DNA of 64,000 nucleotides from the NCBI GenBank assembly GCA_005798555.1, contig SYJA01000087.1:5157-69156 (forward strand). The letters run 5' to 3'. Shown here one piece after another: positions 1 through 11,201 of the stretch (positions are counted from its first letter, which is position 1; each line of letters opens with the position of its first letter). The translations under genes were made by a program, and so were the position numbers. The notes beneath the pieces are model-generated. The model was not told the origin of the DNA and did no database searches. It saw only the letters and a program-made list of their open reading frames with translations. This stretch comes from Actinomycetota bacterium (GTDB lineage: Bacteria > Actinomycetota > Actinomycetes > S36-B12).

Positions 1-514
1 CAATCTGCACCATCACCGGACCACTAAACCGCCTGACCAGGTCGCCGATATGCAAGCGCACCGCCTCAGCCAGTGCCTGAGTAATATCCCGGCAGGCACC
101 GAAGTCCGCAAGGATTCGTTCACCGGTTGCCATTTCAATACTTGCGGCAAGGGTCCAAGGGCCGCAAACTTCAGTTTTAATGGGGCCGACGTAACTTTGG
201 GCCTGCCCTTCGAGGGCATCTAGGTCCTCACCTGACCAGGACCGAGCCCGCCGCATCGCCCGACCGGGGCCGGGTGCCACCCGCCAGCCTTGGGGGGTGG
301 TATCCAGGCCCAAATCCAGACTAACTTCGGTAAGTAGCGCCGCGGTGCGCCCGACCAGATCCGCGCCCGGACCCCGTGCGGGCAGCTCGAAGACGTGAAT
401 GAAATCACTTAACTCCCCGGCAACGACCCGGGCCGCCTCTGCGGCGTCGGTGCCGGGCAAGGAGCCAATCCCGGTGGCTGCCAAGCGCGGCCAAGGAAAT
501 TCGTGCCCACTCAT
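1..514 (-). CDS. 5'-partial view of a MetE-like (cobalamin-independent methionine synthase family, Rv3015c-like) protein; N-terminus in window, runs off the left edge
   Basis: Not in the ORF track because it has no stop in the window. Reverse-strand translation from ATG at 514-512 gives MSGHEFPWPRLAATGIGSLPGTDAAEAARVVAGEL..., an uninterrupted frame to position 2. The GIGSLPGTD-type N-terminus and its position beside mnmA match the mycobacterial arrangement as I recall it. Confidence 0.55.
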   Translation of the reverse strand, partial: MSGHEFPWPRLAATGIGSLPGTDAAEAARVVAGELSDFIHVFELPARGPGADLVGRTAALLTEVSLDLGLDTTPQGWRVAPGPGRAMRRARSWSGEDLDALEGQAQSYVGPIKTEVCGPWTLAASIEMATGERILADFGACRDITQALAEAVRLHIGDLVRRFSGPVMVQI

Positions 515-524
515 GTAACTGATC

Positions 525-1610
525 TCATGCAGCACGGGTTGTGGCAGCAATAGTTGCCGAGCCAACAACCCGGGTACCGTCGTAGAGCACGACGGCTTGG
601 CCCAGTGCGATACCGCGAATCGGCACCAGGAGCTCAACCATCACCCGATCAGCGAGTTGATGTGCGCGGGCCGGCACCGGTACTCCGTGCGCCCGCACCT
701 GGGCCAGCAGATCGATCGGGGATGCGCCAAGAGGCGCGGTGGTCCAGATGGGTTTGCTGCCCTCGAGGGCATAGACATCAAGTAGCTCCGGGGGTCCGAC
801 AGTTACCCGCCGGGTGTCGATTTCAACGTCAACAACATAACGCGGCGCCCCATCAGCCGCCGGTCTAGACAAAGCCAGCCCGCGACGCTGCCCAATCGTG
901 AACGCATAGGTGCCATCGTGCTGCGCCAGCACCTCGCCCGACTCGGCATCGACGATTTCACCGGGTAAGGACCCGAGTTGTCTTTGTAAATAACCAGCCG
1001 TATCACCATCGGGAATGAAGCAGATGTCGTGACTGTCCGGCTTTTGCGCGACTAACAAGCCCCGAGCCTGCGCCTCAGCCCGGATGACATCTTTGGTGTC
1101 AGCGCCGAGGGGAAACATCGAATGAGCTAGTTGCAGCGGTTTTAGAACCCCCAGCACATAGGACTGATCCTTTTCCGGATCCACCGCCCGATGTAACTCC
1201 GGACCCGCCGGTCCGAGCACGATCCGCGCGTAATGCCCGGTAGCAACTGCATCAAAGTCCATTGCGAGGGCCCGATCGAGGACCGCCGTGAACTTAATGG
1301 ACTCATTGCAGCGCAGGCACGGATTGGGCGTATGGCCGACCCGGTACTCCTCGACAAAATCGGCAATTACCGCCTCCGCAAACTCTTCAGCCATATCCCA
1401 TACATAAAACGGGATACCGAGTTTGTCAGCGACACGACGTGCATCACGGGCATCGTCCAGGGTGCAGCAGCCCCGCTGCCGACCATCACCGTATGTCTTA
1501 TTACGCGACAGCGCGAGGTGCACCCCGACGACATCATGACCGGCATCGACCATGCGGGCGGCCGCGACCGAGGAGTCGACCCCACCAGACATCGCGACTA
1601 AGACCTTCAT
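525..1610 (-). CDS. mnmA: tRNA-specific 2-thiouridylase MnmA
   Basis: PP-loop motif in [20 protein letters not shown]. The start is trimmed from the track's 1700 to the internal ATG at 1610, so it no longer overlaps iscS (which ends at 1627). Confidence 0.9.
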   Translation of the reverse strand: MKVLVAMSGGVDSSVAAARMVDAGHDVVGVHLALSRNKTYGDGRQRGCCTLDDARDARRVADKLGIPFYVWDMAEEFAEAVIADFVEEYRVGHTPNPCLRCNESIKFTAVLDRALAMDFDAVATGHYARIVLGPAGPELHRAVDPEKDQSYVLGVLKPLQLAHSMFPLGADTKDVIRAEAQARGLLVAQKPDSHDICFIPDGDTAGYLQRQLGSLPGEIVDAESGEVLAQHDGTYAFTIGQRRGLALSRPAADGAPRYVVDVEIDTRRVTVGPPELLDVYALEGSKPIWTTAPLGASPIDLLAQVRAHGVPVPARAHQLADRVMVELLVPIRGIALGQAVVLYDGTRVVGSATIAATTRAA

Positions 1611-1626
1611 GCGATCAGCGGATTTC

Positions 1627-2823
1627 TCATGCTGATCTCGACGAAACCGAGCGACCAGCTCTGTCGACGGCGCCCGGCAGCGCAGCGATAACGCGATCAA
1701 CGTCCGCCGAGGTGGACGGGTACCCGAAGCTAAACCTCAGCGAGGCCCGCGAAGTGCGCTCATCAACGCCCATGGCCAGAAGTACGTGGCTGGCTTCGGG
1801 AATCCCTGCGGTGCAGGCCGACCCGGTTGAGCAGTCCACCCCAGCGGCGTCCAGCAACATCAGCAGTGAGTCGCCCTCGCATCCGGGAAAGGAGAAATGC
1901 GCATTAGCCGGTAGCCGGCCACCGCCTACCAAATCCGGGTCACCATTTAGTACCGCACCAGGAACGGTTGCCAATACTCCCTTGACCAGTTCATTGCGCA
2001 GCTGCCGTAGGTGCTGCGCATGCATTACCTGCTGGTCAACGGCATTTCGCACGGCCACCGCGAAGGCCGCGATGGCAGGGGCATCCAAAGTTCCGGATCG
2101 AATATCGCGCTCCTGGCCGCCACCGTGCAGGACCGGGGTGAAGCTGGTAGCCGGGTTAACGATCAGCGCACCAACCCCAAACGGGCCGCCGATCTTGTGG
2201 CTGCTTATCGTCACCGCGTCAGCGCCAAGTGCACCCAGATTCATCGGCACCTGACCCAATGTTTGCACCGCGTCAGTATGAAATGGCACCCCGAACTCTC
2301 GACAAAGTTCGGCGATGGCCGCAACCGGTTCGACGGTTCCGACCTCGTTATTCGCCCACATCACCGTACAAAGTGCGACATTGGCAGCCGACTCGAGGGA
2401 CTGCGCAATGGCAGTCGTGCTCACCCGAGCATCGCGGTCGACCCCGAGCCATTCGATAATGGCTCCTTCATGCTCGCCCAGCCATGTCACCGGATCCAGC
2501 ACCGCATGGTGCTCAATCGCCGAAGCCAGAACCCGCAGTGGCTCCCCATTGCCTAATACCTGCTGGCGCTGCCAATAAAGGCCCTTGATCGCCAAGTTGT
2601 CCGCCTCGGTGCCACCCGCGGTGAAGATGACCGCACTGGGACGTGTCATCAGGTCAGCCGCAATGCTCTCCCGGGATTCCTCGACAACTTTGCGGGCGGA
2701 GCGACCAGATGCATGCAGTGAGGATGGGTTGCCTAGGTGCTCAGAAGCGGCCAGCCAGGCGGCACGAGCCGACGGCAACATGGCTGTGGTCGCAGCATGG
2801 TCGAGATAGGACCGGTCACTCAC
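1627..2823 (-). CDS. iscS: Cysteine desulfurase (class V aminotransferase, IscS/NifS-like)
   Basis: 398 aa with PLP-lysine motif [12 protein letters not shown] and catalytic loop STGSACTAG. Sits directly upstream of mnmA. Confidence 0.9.
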   Translation of the reverse strand: MSDRSYLDHAATTAMLPSARAAWLAASEHLGNPSSLHASGRSARKVVEESRESIAADLMTRPSAVIFTAGGTEADNLAIKGLYWQRQQVLGNGEPLRVLASAIEHHAVLDPVTWLGEHEGAIIEWLGVDRDARVSTTAIAQSLESAANVALCTVMWANNEVGTVEPVAAIAELCREFGVPFHTDAVQTLGQVPMNLGALGADAVTISSHKIGGPFGVGALIVNPATSFTPVLHGGGQERDIRSGTLDAPAIAAFAVAVRNAVDQQVMHAQHLRQLRNELVKGVLATVPGAVLNGDPDLVGGGRLPANAHFSFPGCEGDSLLMLLDAAGVDCSTGSACTAGIPEASHVLLAMGVDERTSRASLRFSFGYPSTSADVDRVIAALPGAVDRAGRSVSSRSA

Positions 2824-2857
2824 AACACATCATCGTAGAGCAGCAGGCCAACGGGGC

Positions 2858-3811
2858 TCAGGCGCGCTTCTTGATCTCCTCGGTCAGCTGTGGTACCACC
2901 TTAAAGAGATCACCCACTACGCCGAAGTCGGCGAGTTCAAAAAGCGGTGCTTCGGAATCCTTGTTGACAACAACAATTGTCTTGGAAGTCTGCATTCCGG
3001 CTCGGTGCTGAATAGCACCGGAAATACCGTTGGCCAGATAAAGCTGGGGCGATACGGTCTTGCCGGTCTGTCCCACCTGGTATTGATGTGGGTACCACCC
3101 GGCATCGGTTGCAGCGCGCGAGGCACCAACGGCCGCGCCCAAGGTGTCGGCGAGGGCTTCGATCACCGCGAAACCTTCAGCTGCCCCAACTCCGCGGCCA
3201 CCGGAAACCACGATCGCGGCCTCGGCGAGATCCGGTCGCCCATCCTTTTGGGCAACCGTACGGCCGGTGACCTTGGCCTTCATAGCCAACTCGCTGACCG
3301 GCACTGTGACGTCAACACGGGTCAGGGTCGTCGAGGCCGGCACCGGCGGGGTGGAGTTCGGTCGCACGGTGAAGATCGGCGTGCCCTTAATGACCTTGGA
3401 GTGCACGACGGTGCTCCCACCGAACACGCTTTGGGTGGCTATGCGGTCCGCTGAGATGCCTATTGCATCGGTGATCACCCCCGAGTTGATCTTGATGGCC
3501 AGCCGACCCGCCGTTTCCTTGCCATCTGCACTCGATGCGATCAGCACTGCACTGGGTGAGTGCTCCGAAACCAAATTGGCCAACACCTCTGCGCGTGGCG
3601 CAACCGGGTGATCGATGTACTGCGCACCGTCAGCCACATAAACCTTGCCAGCGCCGAATTCACCGAGCGTCGCAGCCGCTGCGTCGCAATAACCCGGGCC
3701 GATCCAGACCGCCGACGGCTCACCCAAAGTTCGCGCAAGTGTCAACAACTCGCTGGTGACTTTCTTCACCACGCCATCGGCATGTTCTGCGACAACCAAA
3801 ACCTCAGACAT
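2858..3811 (-). CDS. etfA: Electron transfer flavoprotein alpha subunit
   Basis: 317 aa with C-terminal FAD-binding signature PQLYLANGISGAIQHRAGM. Paired with etfB. Confidence 0.9.
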   Translation of the reverse strand: MSEVLVVAEHADGVVKKVTSELLTLARTLGEPSAVWIGPGYCDAAAATLGEFGAGKVYVADGAQYIDHPVAPRAEVLANLVSEHSPSAVLIASSADGKETAGRLAIKINSGVITDAIGISADRIATQSVFGGSTVVHSKVIKGTPIFTVRPNSTPPVPASTTLTRVDVTVPVSELAMKAKVTGRTVAQKDGRPDLAEAAIVVSGGRGVGAAEGFAVIEALADTLGAAVGASRAATDAGWYPHQYQVGQTGKTVSPQLYLANGISGAIQHRAGMQTSKTIVVVNKDSEAPLFELADFGVVGDLFKVVPQLTEEIKKRA

Positions 3812-3835
3812 GTGAATCCTCTCTGGAAGCCGACT

Positions 3836-4615
3836 CTAGATAAACTTTTGGACAGCAAGGAACTCGGCAAGCTTGACGCCACCATCACCATCATCGGTGA
3901 CAATTGTGCCTGTGGCCTTCGGCGGCCGAGCCGCAAAATCTTCGACAACCGTCCAAGCTGCGGCCAAACCGAGTCGTGACCCATCCAGGCCTGCATCAGC
4001 GGTAGACAGAGTTTCAACGGGCTTTTTCTTCGCAGCCATAATGCCCTTAAATGACGGGTAACGCGGCTCGTTGATTTTCTCGACCACACTTACCACCGCC
4101 GGCAGACTTGCCACCACCGTCTCGAAGCCGTAGTCGGTGACGCGTTGAATCGTGACCGAGGTGCCGTCAACGTCAACCTTTTGTGCGAAAGTCAATTGGG
4201 CAACCCCCAGCCGCTCAGCAACCATCGCCGGAACGACGCTCATGCGCGCATCGGTTGATTCTGATCCAAAGAAAATCAGGTCGAAATCCCGGCCGTCAAG
4301 TACCGTCGCCAAGGCGTACGAAGTGGCTAGCGCATCAGATCCGTGCAGGGTGTCGTCAACCAGGTGGACGGCGGCATCAGCACCCATGCTTAAGGCTTTA
4401 CGCACCGTCTCGCCAGCCCGCTCCGGGCCCATCGTGACGATCGTTATCTCACCGCCATGTGCTTCTTGCAGCTTTAGGGCCTCTTCTACGGCATACTCGT
4501 CGAGTTCGTTCATGACGCCATCGGCGGCTTCGCGATCTAAAGTCGAGTCATCACCTCGGAGTTTCTTCTCGGCCCAGGTATCGGGTACCTGCTTCACACA
4601 AACTGCGATTTTCAC
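3836..4615 (-). CDS. etfB: Electron transfer flavoprotein beta subunit
   Basis: 259 aa with the N-terminus MKIAVCVKQVPD typical of ETF-beta. Immediately upstream of etfA. Confidence 0.9.
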   Translation of the reverse strand: MKIAVCVKQVPDTWAEKKLRGDDSTLDREAADGVMNELDEYAVEEALKLQEAHGGEITIVTMGPERAGETVRKALSMGADAAVHLVDDTLHGSDALATSYALATVLDGRDFDLIFFGSESTDARMSVVPAMVAERLGVAQLTFAQKVDVDGTSVTIQRVTDYGFETVVASLPAVVSVVEKINEPRYPSFKGIMAAKKKPVETLSTADAGLDGSRLGLAAAWTVVEDFAARPPKATGTIVTDDGDGGVKLAEFLAVQKFI

Positions 4616-4820
4616 GCCATCCCCTTTATCGAATCGATCCCCTTGTCCACCCTCAATTTAGCAGCGCCGGCCGATTACGGCACCGTGGGCTAGGTTTCTC
4701 GCGGCTGCACCGGACTACGGTGCGACCAATGTCACACCGATGCTTGCTAAGTCGGCCACCCCGGCCCCGGCTAAGTTCACGACGCTGGTAAACCCGGTAG
4801 CCGCAAACCCCGACTAACCT

Positions 4821-5309
4821 ATGCCCGTGAGCGAAACCACCGAGCAGCAATCAGTCATCAAAGTGCGCGAAGCCCTCGCCCTTCTCGGTGCCCGGGGCGA
4901 GGTCCGAGCCCTGGCAGACAGTGCCCGCACCGCCCAAGAGGCCGCCGACGCGCTCGGAATCGAAATCGGGCAGATCGCCAGTTCACTGATTTTCCTGGCC
5001 GATGGCCAGCCGGTTCTTGTTATCGCCTCTGGTGGTCACCGGGTCGACATCATGACCCTTGCCACCATCCTCGGAGTCAGTGAGATAAAAAAGGCCAATG
5101 CTGATGAGGTTCGAAAAGCTACGGGCTTTGCAATCGGTGGTGTCGCGCCAGTTGGGCACCCGCACCCGCTACGTACCATCGTCGACATTGCACTATCTCG
5201 CTTCGACGAGGTGTGGGCTGCCGGCGGGCATCCCCATTACGTATTCCCGACCAGCTACGACGAACTACTTCGGATCACAGCTGGTGCAGCTGCTGAAGTG
5301 GGCGGCTAA
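4821..5309 (+). CDS. YbaK/aminoacyl-tRNA editing (deacylase) domain protein
   Basis: 162 aa. Single-domain similarity to YbaK/EbsC-type editing domains (…KATGFAIGGVAPVGHP…). Confidence 0.7.
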   Translation: MPVSETTEQQSVIKVREALALLGARGEVRALADSARTAQEAADALGIEIGQIASSLIFLADGQPVLVIASGGHRVDIMTLATILGVSEIKKANADEVRKATGFAIGGVAPVGHPHPLRTIVDIALSRFDEVWAAGGHPHYVFPTSYDELLRITAGAAAEVGG

Positions 5310-5316
5310 CCGGTCG

Positions 5317-6219
5317 CTAAGCCCGCTCGCCCTTGACGACTAGTACGACACCACCCAAAACCACCGTTAGCCCGATGAGAATTGATCTGCTAAATGGCTC
5401 CGCTAATACCAGCCAACCGAGTAGCACCGCAACAACCGGGTTCACATAGGGAAATGTTGAGACCAAAGAGATGGGCGCCCGAGCAATCAGAAAGGTGAAG
5501 GCCGAATAACCGATTATCGAGGCAATCACCAACCAGATCCAACCAATGACACTCACGCTTAAATAGCTGCCAAATTCGATCCGTTCGCCAATCAAGATGC
5601 CGACGGCCACCAACGCCACGCCTGCCATCAGCATCTGCAACGTCGCGGTCACGAGAGAGTTGGCTGGTACCGCGAATGACTTCGCCCGGCAGGAGAAGAA
5701 GGCCCACGAAATGCAGCCCACGAGTATTGCCAAACACCAGAAAAGAACGGCACCGGGTGCAGCGCCACTTACCGAGACGATACCGCCGGGCAACAACATC
5801 AGCACAATCCCGGCGATGCCAATAATTACCCCGGCCCCGGTGAGCCGGCTTGGACGGTCCCCATTAAGTAGCCGTAACAACACAATCCAGAGCGGAATGG
5901 AGGCGCCGATGAGGGCGGCGATCCCGCCAGGGACATATCGCTGGCCAAGGGCTAGAGCCGCAGCCCAGATGCTGATAATGCCAAGGCCCATGATGGCGGT
6001 TGAATAAAGCTCCCGACGGGTGATCCGAAACGGTGCTAGACCACGAAAAACCAGCACCCCGATACCAAGGCATAGCGACGCAACAAAATATCGCGACCCG
6101 GTTGCGATCAGTGGCGGCATCGACTTAACCACCTCGGAGAGGCCAAGGTAGGTGGAACCCCAAACAATCCAAAGCGTGACCAACGGTGCCCACACACCCA
6201 GCGCCGATGGCTGTTTCAC
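5317..6219 (-). CDS. EamA/DMT-family transporter
   Basis: 300 aa, about 10 hydrophobic helices arranged as two EamA-like halves. Confidence 0.8.
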   Translation of the reverse strand: MKQPSALGVWAPLVTLWIVWGSTYLGLSEVVKSMPPLIATGSRYFVASLCLGIGVLVFRGLAPFRITRRELYSTAIMGLGIISIWAAALALGQRYVPGGIAALIGASIPLWIVLLRLLNGDRPSRLTGAGVIIGIAGIVLMLLPGGIVSVSGAAPGAVLFWCLAILVGCISWAFFSCRAKSFAVPANSLVTATLQMLMAGVALVAVGILIGERIEFGSYLSVSVIGWIWLVIASIIGYSAFTFLIARAPISLVSTFPYVNPVVAVLLGWLVLAEPFSRSILIGLTVVLGGVVLVVKGERA

Positions 6220-6284
6220 GCTGGCAGCCTATTGCCGAGAGCACCGCGGATTGCTGGCCATTCGCCGGCAGGTAACTTTGGTGG

Positions 6285-6782
6285 ATGTCTTTAACAGGTC
6301 ATCTGAACGGTGGTGGTGAGATCACCCTGTGCCCAATTGACGAGGCATACCCAAAGCAGTTGATCCACAGCCCATACGAGAACTGGGGCGATAAGGCGGC
6401 AGCCGCCAATCAAATGATCATCGAGAGGTGGTGCATAAGACTCCTCGCGCAAGGTGCGCCCGTGGCAGATGTCGGCTACCTATCGGCGCATGTGGTTTGG
6501 TATGGCCCCACTCTCGGGTCCAGGGCCATGAACATCGGCATCGGCATCGTTGCCGAATACCGCGGGCAAGGCATCGGATCCTTGAGCCATCAACTGCTGG
6601 CCGAACACCTGCATTCGCAGGGGTATCTGCGCGTCGAAGCGTCCACCGATATTGCGAACCTTCCCGAACAGCGTGCTCTAGCAGCCGCAGGTTTCGAATT
6701 CGAAGGCATCGCGCGGCTGGCACAGGGCCGCGCAGCTGGGGTGCATGACCTGCAGGTGTGGTCACATCTGCCCGGGCCATAA
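6285..6782 (+). CDS. GNAT-family N-acetyltransferase
   Basis: 165 aa with acetyl-CoA binding motif YRGQGIGS and a RimJ/RimL-like C-terminal half. Start codon uncertain. Confidence 0.7.
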   Translation: MSLTGHLNGGGEITLCPIDEAYPKQLIHSPYENWGDKAAAANQMIIERWCIRLLAQGAPVADVGYLSAHVVWYGPTLGSRAMNIGIGIVAEYRGQGIGSLSHQLLAEHLHSQGYLRVEASTDIANLPEQRALAAAGFEFEGIARLAQGRAAGVHDLQVWSHLPGP

Positions 6783-6800
6783 ACGGCCTACACTCTGGGC

Positions 6801-7601
6801 ATGAGCGTGCGGGTGTACACCGGACGCCACTCTGATCGTGGCAGCTCCCGATCGGGCTGGCTGCCCTATGTGCCTTGGGCCCTAGCCGGCCTGACCATCA
6901 CCGGGCAGATCATCTGGGTCCTGGTAGGTGACCAACCGCGAATCGCGCTCACCATCGGCACCGTCGTCACCTTCTTCTTGGCGAGCGCAACACATGCCTA
7001 CCTATCGCGCGGACTTAGTTGGACCGCGGGCTACCTTGCGATCTCACTTGGCTTCGGTCTTGCGATCGAAGCCATCGGCACCGCGACCCGATTCCCATTC
7101 GGCGATTACACCTATACCAGTGTTCTTGGCCCCGCTGTCCTTGGCGTTCCGATCCTCATCCCACTGGCCTGGGCGATGATGGCTTATCCGTGCTTACTGG
7201 CGGCGCAGCGCCTGGTAGGCAGTGGGCTCGCCACCGCATTGGTGGGCGGTTGGCTATTCGCCTCGTGGGATCTGTTCCTGGATCCACAGATGGTCAGCGC
7301 GGGGGCCTGGCAGTGGAATTCGGTGGGCTGGGTACTACCTGGTATCCCGGGCATCCCATTGCAGAATTTCCTCGGCTGGCTGCTTATGGCATTCGTCTTG
7401 ATGTGGCTCCTTGACCGGCTACCGCGCAAGGTCGTCAAGGACGGTGTCCCCACCTTGCTGCTCACCTGGGTCTACCTATCCAATGTGCTCGCTGCCGCAG
7501 TTTTCTTCGGCCGTCCCACGGTCGCGCTCTGGGGTGCGGTCTGCATGGGTATCGTGCTGATTCCTTGGTGGTGGCGCAGTTGGAGCCAACCCCAGTGGTG
7601 A
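6801..7601 (+). CDS. Integral-membrane carotenoid biosynthesis protein (CruF-like, putative carotenoid 1',2'-hydratase family)
   Basis: 266 aa, polytopic and Trp-rich. Family assignment is from memory of the 'carotenoid biosynthesis protein' membrane family plus its position directly upstream of the GT2 and CrtD-like genes. Confidence 0.55.
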   Translation: MSVRVYTGRHSDRGSSRSGWLPYVPWALAGLTITGQIIWVLVGDQPRIALTIGTVVTFFLASATHAYLSRGLSWTAGYLAISLGFGLAIEAIGTATRFPFGDYTYTSVLGPAVLGVPILIPLAWAMMAYPCLLAAQRLVGSGLATALVGGWLFASWDLFLDPQMVSAGAWQWNSVGWVLPGIPGIPLQNFLGWLLMAFVLMWLLDRLPRKVVKDGVPTLLLTWVYLSNVLAAAVFFGRPTVALWGAVCMGIVLIPWWWRSWSQPQW

Positions 7602-8737
7602 TTAGACGCGGAGCACTAATTCGACGCGCAGCGGCAATTGGCGCATTTGGTGCGATTGCCATCGCGGTGCACACGGCGATCAACCTGCGGCACCTGCGCG
7701 CACCGGCAGTAGCCGGCCCGAACATATCCGAGCGCGTCAGCATCCTGCTCCCGGCGCGAAATGAAGCCGAACATATTTCCATTACCGTGCAAAGTATTCT
7801 TGCGCAAGAGGGATTAGACGACTTTGAGTTGATAGTTCTCGATGACGGTTCGACCGACGGCACCGCGGCGATAGTTCGAGCAATACCCGACCCGCACTTG
7901 AGGCTGGTTGTGGGCGCGGATGATCCGCCGCCAGCAAGGTGGCTGGGCAAACCCTGGGCCTGTGCTCGACTTGCAGACCTCGCTACCGGATCCGTCCTAG
8001 TTTTCGTCGACGCTGACGTTTACTTCGAGCCACAGGCCATTCGAGGCGCCGTCGGACTCTTGCGCGACCAAGGATTCGCTCTCGTTTCCCCTTATCCCAG
8101 GCAGGTTGCCAAATCCTGGCTAGAACGCCTCGTGCAGCCACTGATCGTTTGGTCTTGGTGCGCGACGGTGCCGCTGCGCTGGGCTGAGGCGTCGAGTCGA
8201 CCATCTTTGGCTGCGGCGAATGGTCAATTCATCGTCATTGATGCGCAGGCCTACCGGGCGGTCGGCGGCCATGAGGCGGTAGCTAACGAGGTAATTGAAG
8301 ATGTGGCACTCATGCGCGCGGTGAAAGTCATGGGCCAGCAGGCGGTTACCGCGGACGGTTCAAAAGTCGCCCACTGCCGGATGTACGCGACATCAGAGGA
8401 GGTTGTTAATGGCTATTCAAAGTCACTCTGGTCGGCATTTAACGGCCCGGCTGGATCCATTGCCGTCAACGGGCTGCTCCTCACCGCATATGTCGCACCC
8501 GCAGCAGCAATGCTCTTCGGGCGCGGACAGACTCGTGCCATCGGTGCCATCGGCTATGCGGCCGGTGTCACCAGCCGAGTGCTGGTCGCAAAGCGCACCG
8601 GTGAGCGCAGCTGGCCCGATGCCTTGGCCCAACCCATCTCGATCACCGCATTTACCGCTCTCAATGTACTTTCCTGGTCGCGCCACCGCCGCGGTGCTAA
8701 CTCCTGGAAAGGTCGACCTGTAACCGCGGTTACCTAA
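7565..8737 (+). CDS. Family-2 glycosyltransferase (candidate carotenoid glycosyltransferase, CruG/CrtX-like role)
   Basis: 390 aa. GT2 core (SILLPARNEAE...LIVLDDGSTDGT...VFVDADV) followed by C-terminal TM helices. Overlaps the preceding gene by 37 nt as drawn; the start may be later. Confidence 0.75.
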   Translation: MVVAQLEPTPVVIRRGALIRRAAAIGAFGAIAIAVHTAINLRHLRAPAVAGPNISERVSILLPARNEAEHISITVQSILAQEGLDDFELIVLDDGSTDGTAAIVRAIPDPHLRLVVGADDPPPARWLGKPWACARLADLATGSVLVFVDADVYFEPQAIRGAVGLLRDQGFALVSPYPRQVAKSWLERLVQPLIVWSWCATVPLRWAEASSRPSLAAANGQFIVIDAQAYRAVGGHEAVANEVIEDVALMRAVKVMGQQAVTADGSKVAHCRMYATSEEVVNGYSKSLWSAFNGPAGSIAVNGLLLTAYVAPAAAMLFGRGQTRAIGAIGYAAGVTSRVLVAKRTGERSWPDALAQPISITAFTALNVLSWSRHRRGANSWKGRPVTAVT

Positions 8738-8764
8738 AATAGCCGTGGCTCCTAGGCTGGGGCC

Positions 8765-10312
8765 GTGACCGACAAGTCAACAGTTACTGCCAAGTCAAAA
8801 GCAATTGGCAAATCAAAAGTCCTTGTGATTGGCGCCGGGGTTGGCGGGTTGGCTACCGCGGCGCGCTTAGCCGCAAAAGGCAGGTCGGTGACGGTTCTTG
8901 AGCAGGCAGATCATTTCGGCGGCAAGTTGGCCTCCTACCGAAGGGCTGGCTTTGTTTTCGATACCGGTCCCTCACTTTTCACCCTGCCGGCTGTTTACCG
9001 AGACCTCTTCCTGAAAACCGGCGGGCCACTTGAGGAAGCCATTGACCTCCAACCCCTCGACCCGGCTTTTCGCTACCAATTCGGTGACGGTGCCACCGTC
9101 GTGCTGCCCGGGGTCGGAGCTGGCCAGTGCGCTGACGCCCTCGCCGACGGACTCGGGGGCAAGGCCGCGCAGGAGTGGCGCAACCTGATCAAGCGCGGCG
9201 GCGCAATGTGGCAGGTCACCCGGGAGCCATTCTTGCAATCCCCGTTGGCCGGGTGGCGCAACATCATGGCACTTGCGCGAAATCCCGGTGATGTGCACAC
9301 CGTCGCACCTTTTACGACTTTGCGCGCCCTAGGTGAGAAAACCTTCAGCGACAAGCGCCTGGTGACTTTGCTCGACAGGTACGCGACTTATACCGGGTCT
9401 GATCCGCGCAAGGCACCGGCCGTCTTGGCCACCGTGCCATATATCGAACAGACTTTCGGCGCCTGGCATATCGGCGGCGGAATCAGTTCCTTGGCCGATG
9501 CGCTGGTGCAGCGCTGCCGAGACCTCGGAGTGGAGCTTCTTACCAGCACGGACGTAACGTCTATAAATACCGCCGGAAATCAGGTGACCGGTGTTCAAAC
9601 CCGCGGCGGCGAAACTTTCAAGGCAGATATCGTGGTTGCGAATGCTGACGCCGGACAGGTATACGGCAGCCTGATTAACTCCAATAGCGTTCAAGAGGCC
9701 CTCAAGAACATCCGGAAGTCAACTCCATCACTGGCCGGCTTCGTCCTACTTCTTGCGGTAAAAGGCCGAACCAAAGGCCTGCAACATCACAATGTCTGGT
9801 TTACCGAGAATTACGATGCGGAATTCGACGCAATATTTGGTCGCAAGACCGCCCCGGTCAGCGATCCGACAATCTATGTCTGCTCGCCAAGTGATCCACT
9901 CATGCGCCCCGATGCAGACCACGAGTCATGGTTTGTTCTTGTCAACGCACCGCGTCATGGTGATGGCACGAATGGCACGATGAATTGGGATGAGCCCGGC
10001 CTAGCCGAGCAGTACGCAGGTCACGTCTTGGGCGTACTCGCCAGACGCGGGATGGATATCAGGCCCAACATTTGCTGGCGCGAGATTCGAACCCCCGCGG
10101 ATCTGGAGCGCGATGTCCGGGCACCCGGGGGCGCGATTTACGGCACTTCCAGCAATGGCGCACGCGCGGCCTTCGCTCGGCCAGCAAATGAGTCGCCGGT
10201 CGGTGGGCTCTATCTAGTCGGCGGGTCATCGCACCCGGGCGGCGGCTTACCACTTGTCGGCATGAGTGCGGAGATCGTTGCAAAACTCATTAGCGCAAGT
10301 GGGAGTTATTAA
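8765..10312 (+). CDS. Phytoene-desaturase-family FAD oxidoreductase (CrtD-like carotenoid 3',4'-desaturase candidate)
   Basis: 515 aa with GTG start and dinucleotide fold VLVIGAGVGGLATAARLA. CrtI-family length and C-terminal GGSSHPGGG motif. Confidence 0.75.
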   Translation: MTDKSTVTAKSKAIGKSKVLVIGAGVGGLATAARLAAKGRSVTVLEQADHFGGKLASYRRAGFVFDTGPSLFTLPAVYRDLFLKTGGPLEEAIDLQPLDPAFRYQFGDGATVVLPGVGAGQCADALADGLGGKAAQEWRNLIKRGGAMWQVTREPFLQSPLAGWRNIMALARNPGDVHTVAPFTTLRALGEKTFSDKRLVTLLDRYATYTGSDPRKAPAVLATVPYIEQTFGAWHIGGGISSLADALVQRCRDLGVELLTSTDVTSINTAGNQVTGVQTRGGETFKADIVVANADAGQVYGSLINSNSVQEALKNIRKSTPSLAGFVLLLAVKGRTKGLQHHNVWFTENYDAEFDAIFGRKTAPVSDPTIYVCSPSDPLMRPDADHESWFVLVNAPRHGDGTNGTMNWDEPGLAEQYAGHVLGVLARRGMDIRPNICWREIRTPADLERDVRAPGGAIYGTSSNGARAAFARPANESPVGGLYLVGGSSHPGGGLPLVGMSAEIVAKLISASGSY

Positions 10313-11201
10313 GTCCTAGGGCTTGATAAACCTCTCGGGTCGAGGTTGAGCGATTAAGGGTGTAGAAATGAAGGCCCGGCGCCCCCAGCGCCAAGAGTTG
10401 CTCACCCAAGGTGGTTGCGACTTCGACACCTAACTCGTGGACGGCTTTTTGGTCATCTTCGATCCCTGCAAACCGCTGGGCGAGCTCGGCCGGGAATACG
10501 GCACCGGAAAGTGCTGCGAACCGCTCGATCTGCGCGACATTAGTGACGGGCATCAACCCGGGCACAATGGGCATGGTGCACCCGTGAACGGCAGCACGAC
10601 TAACTAGCCGTTCGTAATCGGACGCCCGGAAGAAGAACTGCGTGATGGCAAACTCGGCCCCCACATCCTGCTTGGCCGCCAGGACGCGCGCATCATCCTC
10701 GAAGTCAAGGGATTCGGGATGGCCTTCGGGGAATGCGGCGACCCCGACACTAAATGCACCGAGGGATCGCACGAGTGAAACAAGTTCATCGGCATGTTGC
10801 AGGCCACCGGGGTACTGCTCCCACTTGGCGCCGGGCCCAAAGCTCGGATCACCCCGCAGCGCCATGATGGTATTGACTCCGGCATCGAAGTATTGAGCGA
10901 TTACTCGCCGGAGGTCCGAAACGCTCGCATCGACGCAGGTCAGATGCGCAACGGGAAGCAAGGTGGTTTCCTCCGCAATCTGCTTGGTGATTCGCACCGT
11001 GCGATCTTGCGTGGATCCGCCTGCGCCGTACGTCACCGAAACAAAAGTGGGCTTTAGGGCCTCGAGTTCACGGACCGTCTGCCAAAGGGCCTGCTCCCCC
11101 GCATCGGTCTTGGGCGGGAACAACTCGAAGGAGAAACTGCTTCGGCCGCCCGCCAGTACCGCACCCAGGCTCGGTGCGACTTCGCGGATAGGCACACCCA
11201 A
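10290..11201 (-). CDS. metF: 5,10-methylenetetrahydrofolate reductase
   Basis: 303 aa with MTHFR family motifs (FSFELFPPKT, VSVTYGAGGST). Convergent 23-nt overlap with the CrtD-like gene. Confidence 0.9.
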   Translation of the reverse strand: MGVPIREVAPSLGAVLAGGRSSFSFELFPPKTDAGEQALWQTVRELEALKPTFVSVTYGAGGSTQDRTVRITKQIAEETTLLPVAHLTCVDASVSDLRRVIAQYFDAGVNTIMALRGDPSFGPGAKWEQYPGGLQHADELVSLVRSLGAFSVGVAAFPEGHPESLDFEDDARVLAAKQDVGAEFAITQFFFRASDYERLVSRAAVHGCTMPIVPGLMPVTNVAQIERFAALSGAVFPAELAQRFAGIEDDQKAVHELGVEVATTLGEQLLALGAPGLHFYTLNRSTSTREVYQALGLNNSHLR